Shown here: piece after piece, positions 25,657-37,968 of the stretch
How positions within the stretch are numbered: position 1 is the stretch's first letter
Layout of the letters: every line of letters starts with the position of its first letter
From: Curvularia clavata
Taxonomy: Eukaryota
DNA length: 64,000 nucleotides
Direction of reading: 5' to 3'
Assembly: GCA_023920165.1 (NCBI GenBank)
Contig: CP089275.1
Coordinates: forward strand, 5,270,001 to 5,334,000
The notes under the pieces: model-generated
The model's database searches: none
What the model was told of the DNA's origin: nothing
What the model saw: only the letters and a program-made list of their open reading frames with translations
Made by a program: the position numbers and the translations under genes

Positions 25657-26853
25657 GATTGAAGCCGTTCAAGACCGTTGATGGTAGGTACTGAGGCGAT
25701 TGGTAGTGCTATGCCTAGCGAACCAAACATGCAGAAATCTTGATATTAATATACCCCCCGGCTATACGGCTCCAACTGTGCAGGCCGCGGCCTTGGCTTG
25801 GCCATTGCCCCCTAATTTCGACATCAGGCATTGTAGATTCTGTGGGCGCGGAGGAATTCAAGGGCCTATGCGCAGTGATCCCAGACTCTCCTCACGGCCA
25901 CGGTGGCGCTAAGCCAAGAAAAGCTAAGCTTTCTCCACAGTGCTGGGCGCTAGGCCGAGCAGATTGGTGGACTTTCTCCTAATCTCCCGGAACTATGGCA
26001 GCCTCCGAGATGCCGCCTATGTCAATGTGAACGTGCTTGTTCCTTTTGTGTAGCTTTCTGGTCGCTGGCGTTGCGGAGAACGGGTGCGAGTATTACCACG
26101 AGTCGGCCTCTTAAGATTGCCACCCGTGTGGCGCAGTGCTGTAGGAAGTCTGGAGTATGCCCGGTGTTTCGCGAAGTTTGCAGTGAAAGACCGTTAAATT
26201 TGCTGATGTGAGCAGATTTAAGCAACAGTGACATCTCCTTAGATCCATTTCTCTCCATGCTAATTTAAAAGTGCGCCTTGGCAATACAAGTCTGATCGCG
26301 ACAAATGGATTGATGACACTTCTATATCACTATTTTCGCCTTCTCGCTTTGGTACGTATAGGGTATGTGATTCATACAATATATCGTCGTCGTGTAGAAA
26401 CTGGCTCGGCATGGAGAGGCTCTAGATCTAGATCACTGACATTGTATTGCACACACACCTGAAGCCAACTTGTAGAACTGACTCGTTGCATGATTAGTAT
26501 GCTAGTCGATTTCCAAACTATTGCGCTTGGCAAAAATTCCCTTTCTACAATGAGCAGCTGTCTAAGGGAACGACTTGGTCAAACTCCAAAATAGAGTACT
26601 ATACATCCATTTGTAATGAATGAATAGGCAAGAGGCCAAGGAACTTGATCCGATGTATTCATATATTGTCATAGTGGTTAAAATTACCGCGACTGAGACA
26701 GAAAGTTGTGGTATTGGTGCAGTAGGGGTTGATGTGTGAATGAACATGGATATCCAATCTCGCTCAAACAAAGGGTCATATTTGAAAGATAAATATGGAA
26801 AGCGTGTAACGCGATGGCACGTGACTATTTCCAGTATCTTCCCATTCGAAGAT

Positions 26854-27892
26854 TCATCGGGTCTTTCTAGACACGGACAAGTTTCCGGAAAGTCCGACTG
26901 GACCAACGCAGTCCTTCATTGGTTTGCTAGCATCTGCACCAGAAACCTGCATAATGTAAGCACATAGATATCACACGCACCGAAACAGATTCTTACATTG
27001 AAGTAAACTGCATAGGGATCCCATTCAGAATTCAGATGGGGTGCATATTCGATACCGTTTGTGCGCTCATCAACAGGTCCTTCCGCACCATATATATGCG
27101 TCAACCAAGCATAGGTCATGTCCATGGCTGAAGTCATGCCAGAGGAAGTCCAGAACTTGCCGTCGGTTACCCAACGTGCCTGAGGAACCCATTCTACTTG
27201 AGGTCCATACAATTTGATCCACTCCCAGCCACTTTTGTTGGTTGTGGCGCGCTTGCCATTGAGAAGTCCTGAGCGAGCCAGATGCGTGACGCCAAAGGAG
27301 ATACCAAGAATATAATCTGCTTGAGGTTCGCGGCGAACGAGGAACTCTTCGATTATGGTCTGATTACCAAGGGTAGCATTGATCACGCCAGTCCCACCAG
27401 GAACAATGATAACATCCAGGGCTGGTGCATCGTCAAAGGTATGAGTTACAGTGGTTTCAGCACCCAGGGTTTGTCCAAAGTCCCCTCCTAGATGCTGAGC
27501 TAGGCGAGCACTTACAGTGCCTTTAACTGGTCCCTTGTTGTAGGAGATTACTGCCAAGGTCATCTTGTAGAAGGCGGACAACTGGGTACTAGAATCAATC
27601 ATAAAGCCAAGAGAAGTCTGTTTCAAACAAGGAATGTATAACATACTGATGTCAAGAACTCAAGTGGACCCCAGACCTCAATTGGCTCGAAGCCATCAAA
27701 GATGACCTGTTACGAAAGCTATCAGAAAACGAAGTTCAGATTTACTACGAACAATGCCACCAAACTTACAATACCGATGCTCAAGGTTCTCCTCCTATTG
27801 AAAGCATGCTCAGTCGCATTCTGCCCAAAGACGAAAGGCATGAATAAAGAAGGCAATACGAAGAGGGTGGTGAAGGCTTTCTGGAGCAGCAT
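26854..27892 (-). CDS. Secreted DJ-1/PfpI (class I glutamine amidotransferase-like) family protein, 4 exons
   Basis: ATG 27892 with signal peptide (MLLQKAFTTLFVLPSLF); GFEPIEVWGPLE, DVIIVPGG, GLLNGKRATTNK, ARWVTDGKFWTSSG. Introns ~27707-27769, ~27582-27646, ~26947-26996. Confidence 0.85.
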
Positions 27893-27919
27893 GTCTGCAA
27901 TTTACTCAATCTCATGACC

Positions 27920-27920
<1 letters not shown>

Positions 27921-27959
<39 letters not shown>
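27921..27959. repeat. (TG)19 microsatellite
   Basis: Perfect TG run immediately upstream of the DJ-1/PfpI start codon. Confidence 0.98.
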
Positions 27960-27961
<2 letters not shown>

Positions 27962-28559
27962 GTAAATCATCCCTAGATCCGTCTTCTTATGAACTTTGCG
28001 ATCTAGGATTGGGAAAATCGAAATTTCCTGCATGCAAGAGCAATACCATGTTTTCACCATCTTGCCGCCAGGACCAACTACCTGGTTGTCATGCACAGTG
28101 CACGCTAGTCAGCTACGCTAGTGCAGGGCAAGGAAGTGCCACCAATGCCAAGATAGAGGTGAGCCTGTAATCATTCATAGCTCGCATGCAGGCAGAAGCG
28201 ACCTACATTTGAGTAGATTTGAGTGATTTCAGAACTCATCCTTCGCTGCTTTCGTGGTCGCGTTTGAGGGACTGTTTAGTCGCCCTTCTTTTGCATGGTA
28301 CGCCTTAAATCTTGGAGTCCTGTGGCGCGCAACGCCTTCGCAGCTATACTCTCAGCTTGCATATCTGCACGCCCAAGAACATTAGTCTTTAAAAAAAGAA
28401 ATAACGATCACCGAACTGACGAAGACCTGTACCAACTGTTCAAGTAGGTGGGTCATGTGAGGATCGCAAGAGGCAAAAGCTTAGCTTTCCTATCGAGCGG
28501 AGATGGCGGTTGCTCAAAAGAATACACAATATCATGCTCTAGGTATCAACTATGGGGGG

Positions 28560-29600
28560 TGTCTTTATGCAATTTTAGGGGAACATAACGTGCAAAGTGG
28601 CGATATGATTGATGTAAAGCTGGGTCCGACAGATCGGTTGTCAGGTTTGCAGACGGCACCAGCAAGATGGCTAACCTTGTCATTGGGGCAGATGGCGTCT
28701 GCAGCATTATCAAACGAGTTATCTTTGGCCAGGAAGCTGCCAAGCGTTATGCACCATCGTATGCGTATGCTAGTAATGCTGTGGTTCTTGCCTGGCACAG
28801 GACTGACTCATATTACTGGAGTATCTGCGTTGTTAGAGCTTTTGTCAACCAAGTTCTTCCAGCACGCGTGACAGCAGATCAGAGTATGGGTTTCACCTTT
28901 GGTCTTATAGATTCGTTGGGATGCTGTAACACAGCGCCCCCTGAGAAGCGACCAGTCGGCTGTTGGTCGAATTGGCGGCTTGCAGAAATTCCACGATCAA
29001 ATTTGGTCCATCCAGAGAAAGTTCACAAGTAACTAATAAACCGCCATGAGTCATGGAAAGACCCCGTTATCTAGGAAATCACTACCGCCACGTCGACCAA
29101 TCGGGTCTACCATTTATCGACAACACCAGTCTTGCCATGCTTGGATAGAGGTCGAGCCTTGATCCTCAATGATGCGATATATACTCTCCAAGCAGAAAGT
29201 GGAGAAGATGCTGCTCAAGTGTTGAGAAATAGTGTTGCATTTACTCTCGTCTTGACTTCTGTTCTCAATAAAGGAAGATCAGATTAAGATGCTGTCAGCC
29301 TGGCTACCAGGGGAATGTGTCAAGTCCGCATTCCGCAAGTACAGATAATCAAGTCCCAGGCCCACAGCCATTTCTTTATGAAGAAAACAATCAACAGTAT
29401 CATCTTTGAACACGCATCATACTGTCCTGTCTTTATTCGAGCCAAAGTTCTCATTCTCAGCAAGTGGCAGCATGAAATATGTGACGGCGCGCTGATCAAA
29501 CCAGACAAACTCCTTGTGGGGCGTATATTTCGCGAACCCAAAAGACCAAATGTGGAGGAACAGGTGAGGCGTTATCTGCAACCACTGGCTACTTGGCATA
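28560..29600 (+). pseudogene. Decayed FAD-dependent monooxygenase (salicylate-hydroxylase-like group)
   Basis: ANLVIGADG (DG motif) at ~28670 and a degenerate GD motif region RALILNDAIYTLQAESGEDAAQVLRNS at ~29152-29232 (family consensus GDAAH..GQG..ALED), broken by in-frame stops (~29030, ~29072). No GxGxxG start was found. Confidence 0.7.
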
Positions 29601-29985
29601 AACCACAAATTATAGTCCAGAACGATGCGCCACGAAGTACATTCCCAAGTAGATTGGTTCATTATCAGAGCTTTATGTATACCCTCATCTGCATTAGTAC
29701 TAGGTTTGTCTGCAGGCTTCCAACAAAACGTGCGCAAACATGCTCGCATGCAGCTGAAGACCGCTTAATATCTCCAATCAGAGAAATGTCGGCGGCCAAT
29801 TAGCGCTTGTTAAACATAGCCGATAACCTTCTCACAATCTGTTCATTCGTCAGCCCAGTATCATAATACCCATGCTGTGCTGCTTCCAGGATCATGGATG
29901 AACCGGGGCTTGGTTGCTCAAGCTGACTTTACCCCAAATATCTTTGGTTCAACAAGCATCCTGTACTCACGTCAACAACGCGGTC

Positions 29986-32133
29986 ATGAATTTGCTCCGG
30001 CTCTTTCTCCTCTCAGCGACTCCAGTCGCTCGCTCGCATTTGACTTCTAACTATTTTCCTGGCTACGGATTTGCATGGTACGATCCCAATTGCGGTTTTT
30101 CATGCTACAATGCTGTCTCATCCACCCGCCTGTCATGTCCTACAGCCGACACTCTTGCTGGCCACTCCATGGGCATGGGTATGGACATGGCTACTGGAGC
30201 ACCAACCCCAGGTTGTCGAGCACAGAGCCTCCCCTTCTTAGAGACCATAGCTTACTGCATGAGTACGAGATGTGACACAGACGTTCCAGTCTGGAAGAGA
30301 GAAGAGTTTTGGGCAACGAAACTCATCAGCGGCGTTGTGCCCAAGTGGACTTATTCGGAGACGCTCGCACAGCTTGGAAATTCAACGCCTACCATGGTTT
30401 ACAACGCAAGCTCAACAGAGGTCATGACCATGCCCATGACAATCAGCGACTCTGACTATAACAAGCAATTCAACTTCAATCGGCTTTTCGACCACATAGA
30501 AATGCTCCAGGCTCGATATGCGTAAGTGGTCCCGCTATGTTTTGACTATTTTCATCGCTGATTCATATTTAGCATCGTCCTTGTTGTCCTGGGCATCGGA
30601 ATTCCGATCCTGTGCTCACAAATTCGCAAACTGCCATTTGCGACTGGCCTGCTTGACAAGCTCAAACCATATCTCGTGTATCCGTCTACAGTGGGCTCTT
30701 ATCAAGTTCGCCCGCTGCCATGGCTCATCGGAAACGCACCGACTGTCGGACAAGCCGTGTATATATTCTTCTTCTTCGCCCTCAATGTCATTCTATCTGC
30801 GGTTAACTATGGTAGTTCGCAGCCGCATCCGTGGGGCTTCTCGAAAAGAGAGGAAATTCTTTCTTACATTGGCTATCGCACTGGACACATCGGATATGCT
30901 CTTCTACCGCTTGTGGTTCTCTTTTCGACTCGTAACAATTTTTTGCTCTGGGTCACCAACTGGTCTTATGGTACATACCTCTTGCTGCACCGCTGGATCG
31001 CTCGAATATTCGCTGTCCAGGCCATTGTGCATAGCATCACACTATTGCTGACGTATCAGGGATCTGGCAGTTACCCTGTCGAGTCCGTCAAGTCATATTG
31101 GTTGTGGGGTATTGTCGCCACTGTGTTGACATGCGCCATGTTGATTTTGAGCCTTCTTTATTTTCGCCGCATCGCCTATGAAGTCTTCCTTATCGTTCAC
31201 ATAATACTTGCTGTCTTTGTCATTGTGGGATGTTGGTATCATGTTATCCTGAGATGGGGCTACAACTTCTACGACAACTGGCTTTATGCTGCGATAGCGG
31301 TGTGGTTCTTTGATCGAGCTGTCCGCGTTCTGCGCGTGTTGAAGAATGGCATGCGGTACGCCGATGTCACCGAAGTGGGAGATGGCTACGTCCGGGTTGA
31401 TATTCCTGGTGTGCGATGGGCAGCGAAGCCAGGCTGTGTTGGCTACGTTGGCTTTCCGACTCTGCACACGTTGCGACCGTGGGAGAATCACCCTTTCTCC
31501 ATCAACTCGACCGCCTTGTTTCGAAGCTACAGGCATGCGTCAGCCCCAGCGTCTTCGAGCAATTCTGTTTCCGGCAGTATTCACGTCGAGGAAAAGTCTG
31601 TAGTCGCTAGACCACCAATCCCTCTTGTTATGGATGACGTCACAGATCCAGCAACCACAGCAGGCGTGTTCTTTATCATCAAGAAGAAGACCGGGATGAC
31701 GAAGATGCTGAAAAGGAACGCTCGGCTACTTACGATATTAGACGGGCCTTACCCTCATTCAGCCGGCACTGACGCCCTGGAAGCTGATCACTTGTTACTA
31801 CTTGGAGGTGGTATTGGTATTACTGGTTTGTTGAGCTGGCTCTCTGTCCATCCAAGCATCAAACTGGCCTGGAGTGTCAAAACATCAGACAAAGCTTTAG
31901 TCGATGAGATGTATCCAATCATCAGGAATGTCGCTGACAAGCAGATTCTTGTTGGACAACGGTTCTCTATCAAGGATTTGCTGCAAGATGAAATCCATGT
32001 TGGCTATAAGAAGGTAGGTGTCATCGTGTGCGGGCCTCCAGAGATGTGCGATGAGGCGCGAGCCTTGGTAGCCGGTCTAGGAAGAGGGAGCAAGACTGTA
32101 TTTGAGTTGCATGTAGATGCGTTCACTTGGTAG
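29986..32133 (+). CDS. Ferric/cupric reductase-like transmembrane protein (FRE family)
   Basis: Signal peptide, Cys-rich N-terminal domain, intron 30522-30572, heme His pairs (LHRWIAR..IVHS; VHIILA..WYH), HPFS, DGPY, GGGIGIT and CGP motifs. Confidence 0.92.
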
Positions 32134-32993
32134 ATTAGTTATCGTACAGTTACCAGAGTTGGAAATGAAACTTTATTTGTTATAAGCAAAACCTCTAATA
32201 CCATATCACCACTTTGAACTGTAGTAAAGGTATGCGAACAAATCAGGATATATTTTTGAGTGAGTAATAGATAACACAGAAACTTTAGAGAGGAGTTGAT
32301 AATATAGAGAAATCTTTCCTTTATTGTAGCAAAATTCATCTCTATTATTACTAGATATTGTGGCAGATATACTGGCCAAAGCCCTAGATCCTCCGTGAAT
32401 CATCCTAACCCTCTACATAAAACACCGCTTGGGAAAAGCACACATGGACACAGCCATTTCTCAGCGTAACAGAAAAACGACAGCTCCTTATCATCCCCTA
32501 CCTTACTTTCTGACATGTCGCGTGGTCGTATTTGCCATGCTGTATCGAAGTGCAATGTAGTCTGCAGGCCGCTTCCAATCCAGCATAGCTTAGATCGCTC
32601 GTAGCGAATTAACATTCACCATAGTACACGAAAGTTCAGAGACATGTATGCAAACACGCTTCATAATTTACTTCTATAGAAAAAGAAAAATGAGGACTCG
32701 AGAACCATTTTCAATGCCAGTACATGCGGAAAAAGTGAACAAAAGACCTTTTTCAGTGCCAGCCGAACACATGGTACAAACGCAGACGCAGACGCAATGC
32801 TAAACCGAAAACCCAGATACAGTACAAGATATGAAAAAGACAAATGCCCAGCCAAGAACACCCAATAGAACTCAGTGCAGGATATGCTGGAAGTGACGGT
32901 GGAGTGCCTTGATTGATTGCATGTTATCCCAGGCTTTCCTATGCGGGTGTACCATTGGGGCCCTCCAAGCTCTAGGTTCGATATCACCACTCT

Positions 32994-34621
32994 TTAACTT
33001 GCATTCTCTCTGTAAACCAGTTGTCCATCAAATACACACGACGTGCCCATGGCGACATCGTCCTGCCACACGCCCTGGTTCAGCGGTGTCCGTGGCTCGT
33101 CTGCACTGGGACTAGGGCTGTTTGTGAAAAGGCTGTCGTTGGGGCTTTGATGAAGCAGGTACCCTGTGTCTGCGATAGGCATGCCGTGTGACATGGGACT
33201 GCTCATGTAAGATGCTGTAGGCGAGAAGAGATCCATAGTGCTGCAATCGTCTGGCGTAGGACTGTGCGGGAAATCGCCGTTTTGAGATGAATAGCAAAAG
33301 TCTGCCTCGCTTGAGTTGTATGGTGAAGGAGGGATCGAGGTCGGGAGACCATGGCGATGATAGGAGGGGTCAAACGACGCAGGGACCGATCGAGACATGG
33401 GCTGGGGGTTGAGATAGGCCTCTTGCAGACGGGCTGATCGCTTCAACTTAGCCGAGCGACGGGCAGCTTGGCCACCTTTAGCGCCAGAAGCCTGTCTCTG
33501 GGGCTGGGGCTGTTGTGTCCGATGGCTGCGCTTGTTGGGTTGCTTGCTGCGGTACCGAGTTGTAGATTTGACTCCCTCCCGGACTGCTTGCTCAGTGAGC
33601 CTCCACATGAACCCTCGCCGAGCGTCGTCACCGGGCTGATCGACCTTCTCGAATGCCTGATATCCTGTTAGCTCATGGTCGGTTAGATGAAGAAAATGCC
33701 ACATACCCCATTCATAGACAGATTATGCCGGATGCTATTCTGCCATCCCTTGGTCTCTGAAGCACTGGCCTTGTCTGTGTTGTTCTTGAACCATTCGTAT
33801 ATGTCGCGCAGTATCATGGTGTGTCCAGGTGCATTCAAAAGAGCTTGGTATATCAGTTGCGCATATGGCTGCTCCCTATCGAACGTGCCACCCTCTCCAG
33901 GGTCAATATCATGAGCGTATCTAAGAGACTCATCGTGAGGAGTGGACACTTGTGAGTGGCTATCATAGGGACTGTGGCAGTAGCTGTGGTCCTCGACCTT
34001 GGGACAGGCGTACTGAGAATGATCATAGTCATTGCTGAGCTGCATCAACTGACTTTTGATCTCATGATCTGAGAGATCCATGGCATCTTGATGGCTAGGT
34101 GGCTCAATATGATAGGCGTTGGGTGGAAACGAGTCCGTTACAGCGAGGTTATGAGGCAAACTGCTCAAGTCGATGCCATTGTAGGAGCGAGGACAGTTGG
34201 AGTTGGAGTACTGAACAGGGTATGCGAGCTTGTAGTTTCCGTCGTATGCCAATCCGTTGTGTGTGTAATGGTATTGGTAAGTGTTCGGGCCGGACGCGAA
34301 GCCATCAACTCCAGGGTAAGTGCTGCCACCTTGACTGACAGGATTGAAGACAAGGCCGGCAGGTGCAGGCCACGTCGTACGCTGTTGCTCGTCGAAATTC
34401 ATCCTGGGTTTCTCGGAAGGGTAGATGTTGCTGTCAGCAACAGTTGGCAAGGAAGGTTCGTCGACGGATAATGTACTAGAGGACTGCGACGGCACCGGGC
34501 CGGCAACGCGAAGCGGGCGCGGAAGGTGAGCACAAACGGAACTCTCTGACGACGGGACCGTATCGAAGCTACTGTAGGCGTCTTCGGCACAAGGGCGATG
34601 GGGTGACTGCGCATGTGGCAT
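32994..34621 (-). CDS. Forkhead (winged-helix) transcription factor
   Basis: PYAQLIYQAL...LRDIYEWF...GWQNSIRHNLSMNG|AFEKV...GFMW, with intron 33657-33706 inside the domain. Start taken at MPHAQSP (34621), uncertain. Confidence 0.9.
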
Positions 34622-35931
34622 TGTTGTGCTGTCGTCCCCAACGGGTCTAAAGGGAGGGAAGCGAGCGTATCGAGACGGGAGGACGGGGAAGAGAGGGCCA
34701 GCGTCGCGTGTGGAACCAGATAAGTGGCGCAAGATGGACGGAGGAGTGATGGGGAGTGATGGCCAAATGAAGCGAAGGGCAAGACATTTACATGGTCAGC
34801 CGGGCACGAGCGAATGGCATTGGATAGGGACGGTTGTCATTGTCACGCCGATGCTCACTGACGGGTTCCTACTGCAAGCGTATTTGCAGGCTTGACGGCG
34901 TGCGAATGGGCAAACAGAAAGCGAGATGTCATGGCAAAGGCAGAGGTGATCTGGAGACAGGGCTTGGCACAGCAACGAGCTGCAGGGCAGGTATCACGGC
35001 GACCCAAAGACGCTGCGATGGCATCATTACCTCACGGGCCGCAGCAGAGCCTGGCCACGCTCGGTGCACTGCTGCCTTTGACAGTCGGGATGACTATCCG
35101 TGCAACCACTCCAGCCAACGATTGCTCTGCCGGCATAGCGACGACGGGATCCTGCATACCATCTACACTACTATTTGCAACACTGGCCCGCTGGAGGTCT
35201 GGACCTTTGTATCGACCCAATGACCTCCCCATTGCTGATCTGGTTGCCGGGCTCCAGGTATGCTGGTAAAGGACGTGTCCGACCAACAGTTGCTGCCCAC
35301 AGTAAGTATACCCAGCCTTGGAAAACGTCTCTTTTCCGCTTCACATGATCATGACAGGGAAAAAGGGCATTGCGTCAAGGGCAGCAAGCGCTTGCCCAAC
35401 CAAAGAGGACTCCACATTTCACGTGCAAGCAGGCCAACAGAAGCTTGTTGCGGCACATACGCGCGCAGGGCCCAGGGATGCCGTCAGGTAGGCTGCGCCT
35501 GCAAAGAGGCTTCCGCGAGCAACCGTTTGGGGACAGACCCCACAGCAGAGTGTAACACAATTTCCCAGACCTTGATTTCCGGTCAAGCTGCTCCATGGCC
35601 TTTGCTGGGCCTGATCGAGAGGCAGTGTTATCCGTCATTGGCCAGACCTCACAACAAGGCCGTCACCGCTCAGGTACGTGAGTACACCGCTCGTGGTTCC
35701 TGGTAGCAAGGTCCTGCGTTGGTCACCGCCAACGCACGGAGTCACAGAGAATGGCGCAGTTGAGAAACGCCTGATATTCATGGCATGTCTGGAAAAGCAC
35801 CTATCAGCACCCCGGGCCCTGTGCAGTACTCACCCCCGCACACCGTTCCATCCCCGGCAGGAGATGCATGATAAGAGTCTGTTGCGACTGAGTGGACTGC
35901 ACAGCCTCAATGCCCATTGCAGACAACACGA

Positions 35932-37678
35932 CTACTTTCGATAGTATATCTGCCACATGTTAGCTGTGGCACCAACATGGCCTTCAAACGACCTTGACTC
36001 ACCTTCTTGAACTGGAAATGAAGCTGCAGAATGCCCTGCCTTGAGTTAGCTGCGTTCTGGCCAAGCCACAGCAGTCGAAGCTTACCTTGTCAAAGCTGCT
36101 CTTGAACCCACGTTCTCTCTTGGCGCTGTAGTCCCATTCTTTGTCGACTATCCGAAAAGCAATGTCTTCATAGGGCGGGCCGGCAATAAAGCGTATCAGG
36201 CACGTGTCGTCCTCACCAGCGGGTGCAAACGACTGTCCTTTTTTCCGGCCGTGCTCACGCTCAATCTTGTACGTGGGTGCTTTGGACTTATCAATGAGGT
36301 CAGGGTAGAAGATGTTGAACTTGTATCCCTGCACTACCTTGGGCGGTGGGTTGTCGTGGTCGTAATGCGTCTGATTGTACTTGTTCCACTCGTAGCCCAT
36401 CTGCACGCGGTTGAAGTAGCGGGGCTTCCTGGGCTTGTAGCTGACGTCTGACTGGGGCCGGGCGGTCGTTACTTCTTCTTCAGCATTGAAGACTTCCTCA
36501 CCCTCCTCTACGCCTCGCGCTACTTCCCGTTCGTACAGCGCCATGGTAGCTTTCGAGTAGTCTTCCTTTTCGACAGGCGCAAACCGTGAAGCGCTCGTTG
36601 TCACAGCCTGGCTCGCTGTGGGCTGACTGCTGGTCACCGCCGTGTCGCTCGCTTTTGTCTGGCTGGGGACGTAGCCGATCTTTTGAATCTTGCGTCGCTC
36701 AGCAGTTACGTGCTCCAGGAAAGACTTCTCTTCAGACTGCGGCAACGCCTTGTCTTCGGTACGCAGCTTGAGCATGGGCTCTGGATCCATGGCTGCGTCA
36801 TATACGACAGTTGTGGGCTGCAACTCAGTTGCTTCATCGTTGCCTTTGAGCATAGTATATATTTTGCCTTGGACAGATGCAGCAGCCTCGGCCTGTTGCT
36901 TGCGCAGTGTCTGCAGTCGCTCCTTGACAATCTCCTGTGATACGCGCCGCAGCTTCGCCTTGGCCTTCCACACGCGAAGGCTTCGCAGCAGCTGTTCCCA
37001 ATAGTCATAGTCGATGGGTTCGTCAGAGTCCAGCTTCTTCTTGACCTGTACTTCGAGAGCCTCGAGCTGTTCGTACGACTTCGGTGCGAGTAGTTGGTCG
37101 ATGTCGGCAGCTACGGAGCTGGTACCGCGTGCTTCGGCTTTGGGGGTTTTGGACTTGCGTCTGATGTCTTTGCAGATGACTTTGAGTGACTTGCTGGGTT
37201 AGCTACATCGACACAGTGTTGGGCGCAAAACACTCACATTCCAGTAATCACGATTACTCTTGCTGGTTTCGAGTGTGAGGTAGTTCTCAATCTCCTTCTC
37301 GAGCTCGGCCAGGTCGTCGTTGTTCAGGCCCTCAAGTACACCTTCGGGATCCACGACGTCTAGCTCGTGATCCTCTACCTCCTCGTCCAGAATCGATTTC
37401 TCGGTAGGGTCGATGAAGCGCAATGTGACGGCGAGCCAGTCAATCGGTTTGGCACGTCCACCTTTTACGCGCAGCGCTGCCTTCTTTTTCGCCTGCTGCA
37501 GCACGAAGCGATCCTCGTCTGCTACCCAGGCTTCCTCTGCCGCGTTGGTCGACCGTTTCGAGGCGCTTTCGTACGCTCGTGAGTCGGCAGAGCGCTTTGC
37601 AGGAATCGATGATGCGGGCCCATTACGTTGGTCGTGACGGCTGCGATCATTACGCCATGGAGGTTCACGCGAAGACAT
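35932..37678 (-). CDS. Cactin (spliceosome-associated), 4 exons
   Basis: KPRKPRYFNRVQMGYEWNKYNQTHYDHDNPPPKVVQGYKFNIFYPDL, AGPPYEDIAF; spliced C-terminus GGILQLHFQFKK|IYYRK*; N-terminal IRVKGGRAKPID-type mid-domain motif (LRVKGGRAKPID). Confidence 0.93.
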
Positions 37679-37968
37679 GTTGGACGTTGGATGTGGTAAC
37701 AATTCTCGCTATCGAGTTGGGCTGAATGTACAGGGCGGTCGCCGTCGCGAAATCTTTGGCCGAGGCCAGTGACGTACGGACCCTCTTCCGCACCCGCAGC
37801 GATCGGTCCCCTTTTAGCAACAATGCCTTGGCGCTGCTGCCTTTCACCGCGCTAGCTTTCACACCCTTGTTTTGTGGCTCACTGAGGCTAGACACAGCCT
37901 TTATCTGCCTGCCTTTGCCTGCCATTCATCATGGACAGGACTGGCATCTCATTTCTCCCTCTGCTAAC

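Noticed and set aside
11637..32133. Secondary-metabolite gene cluster
   Set aside because: No PKS, NRPS, terpene synthase, DMATS or transporter; tailoring-type genes are scattered among unrelated genes.
34800..35930. Cluster of 80-150 aa ORFs upstream of the forkhead gene
   Set aside because: No coherent coding signal; likely long regulatory or UTR region.
37726..37968. N-terminal extension of the XLF ORF
   Set aside because: Occupies the shared promoter with cactin; the XLF-like sequence starts at ATG 37969.
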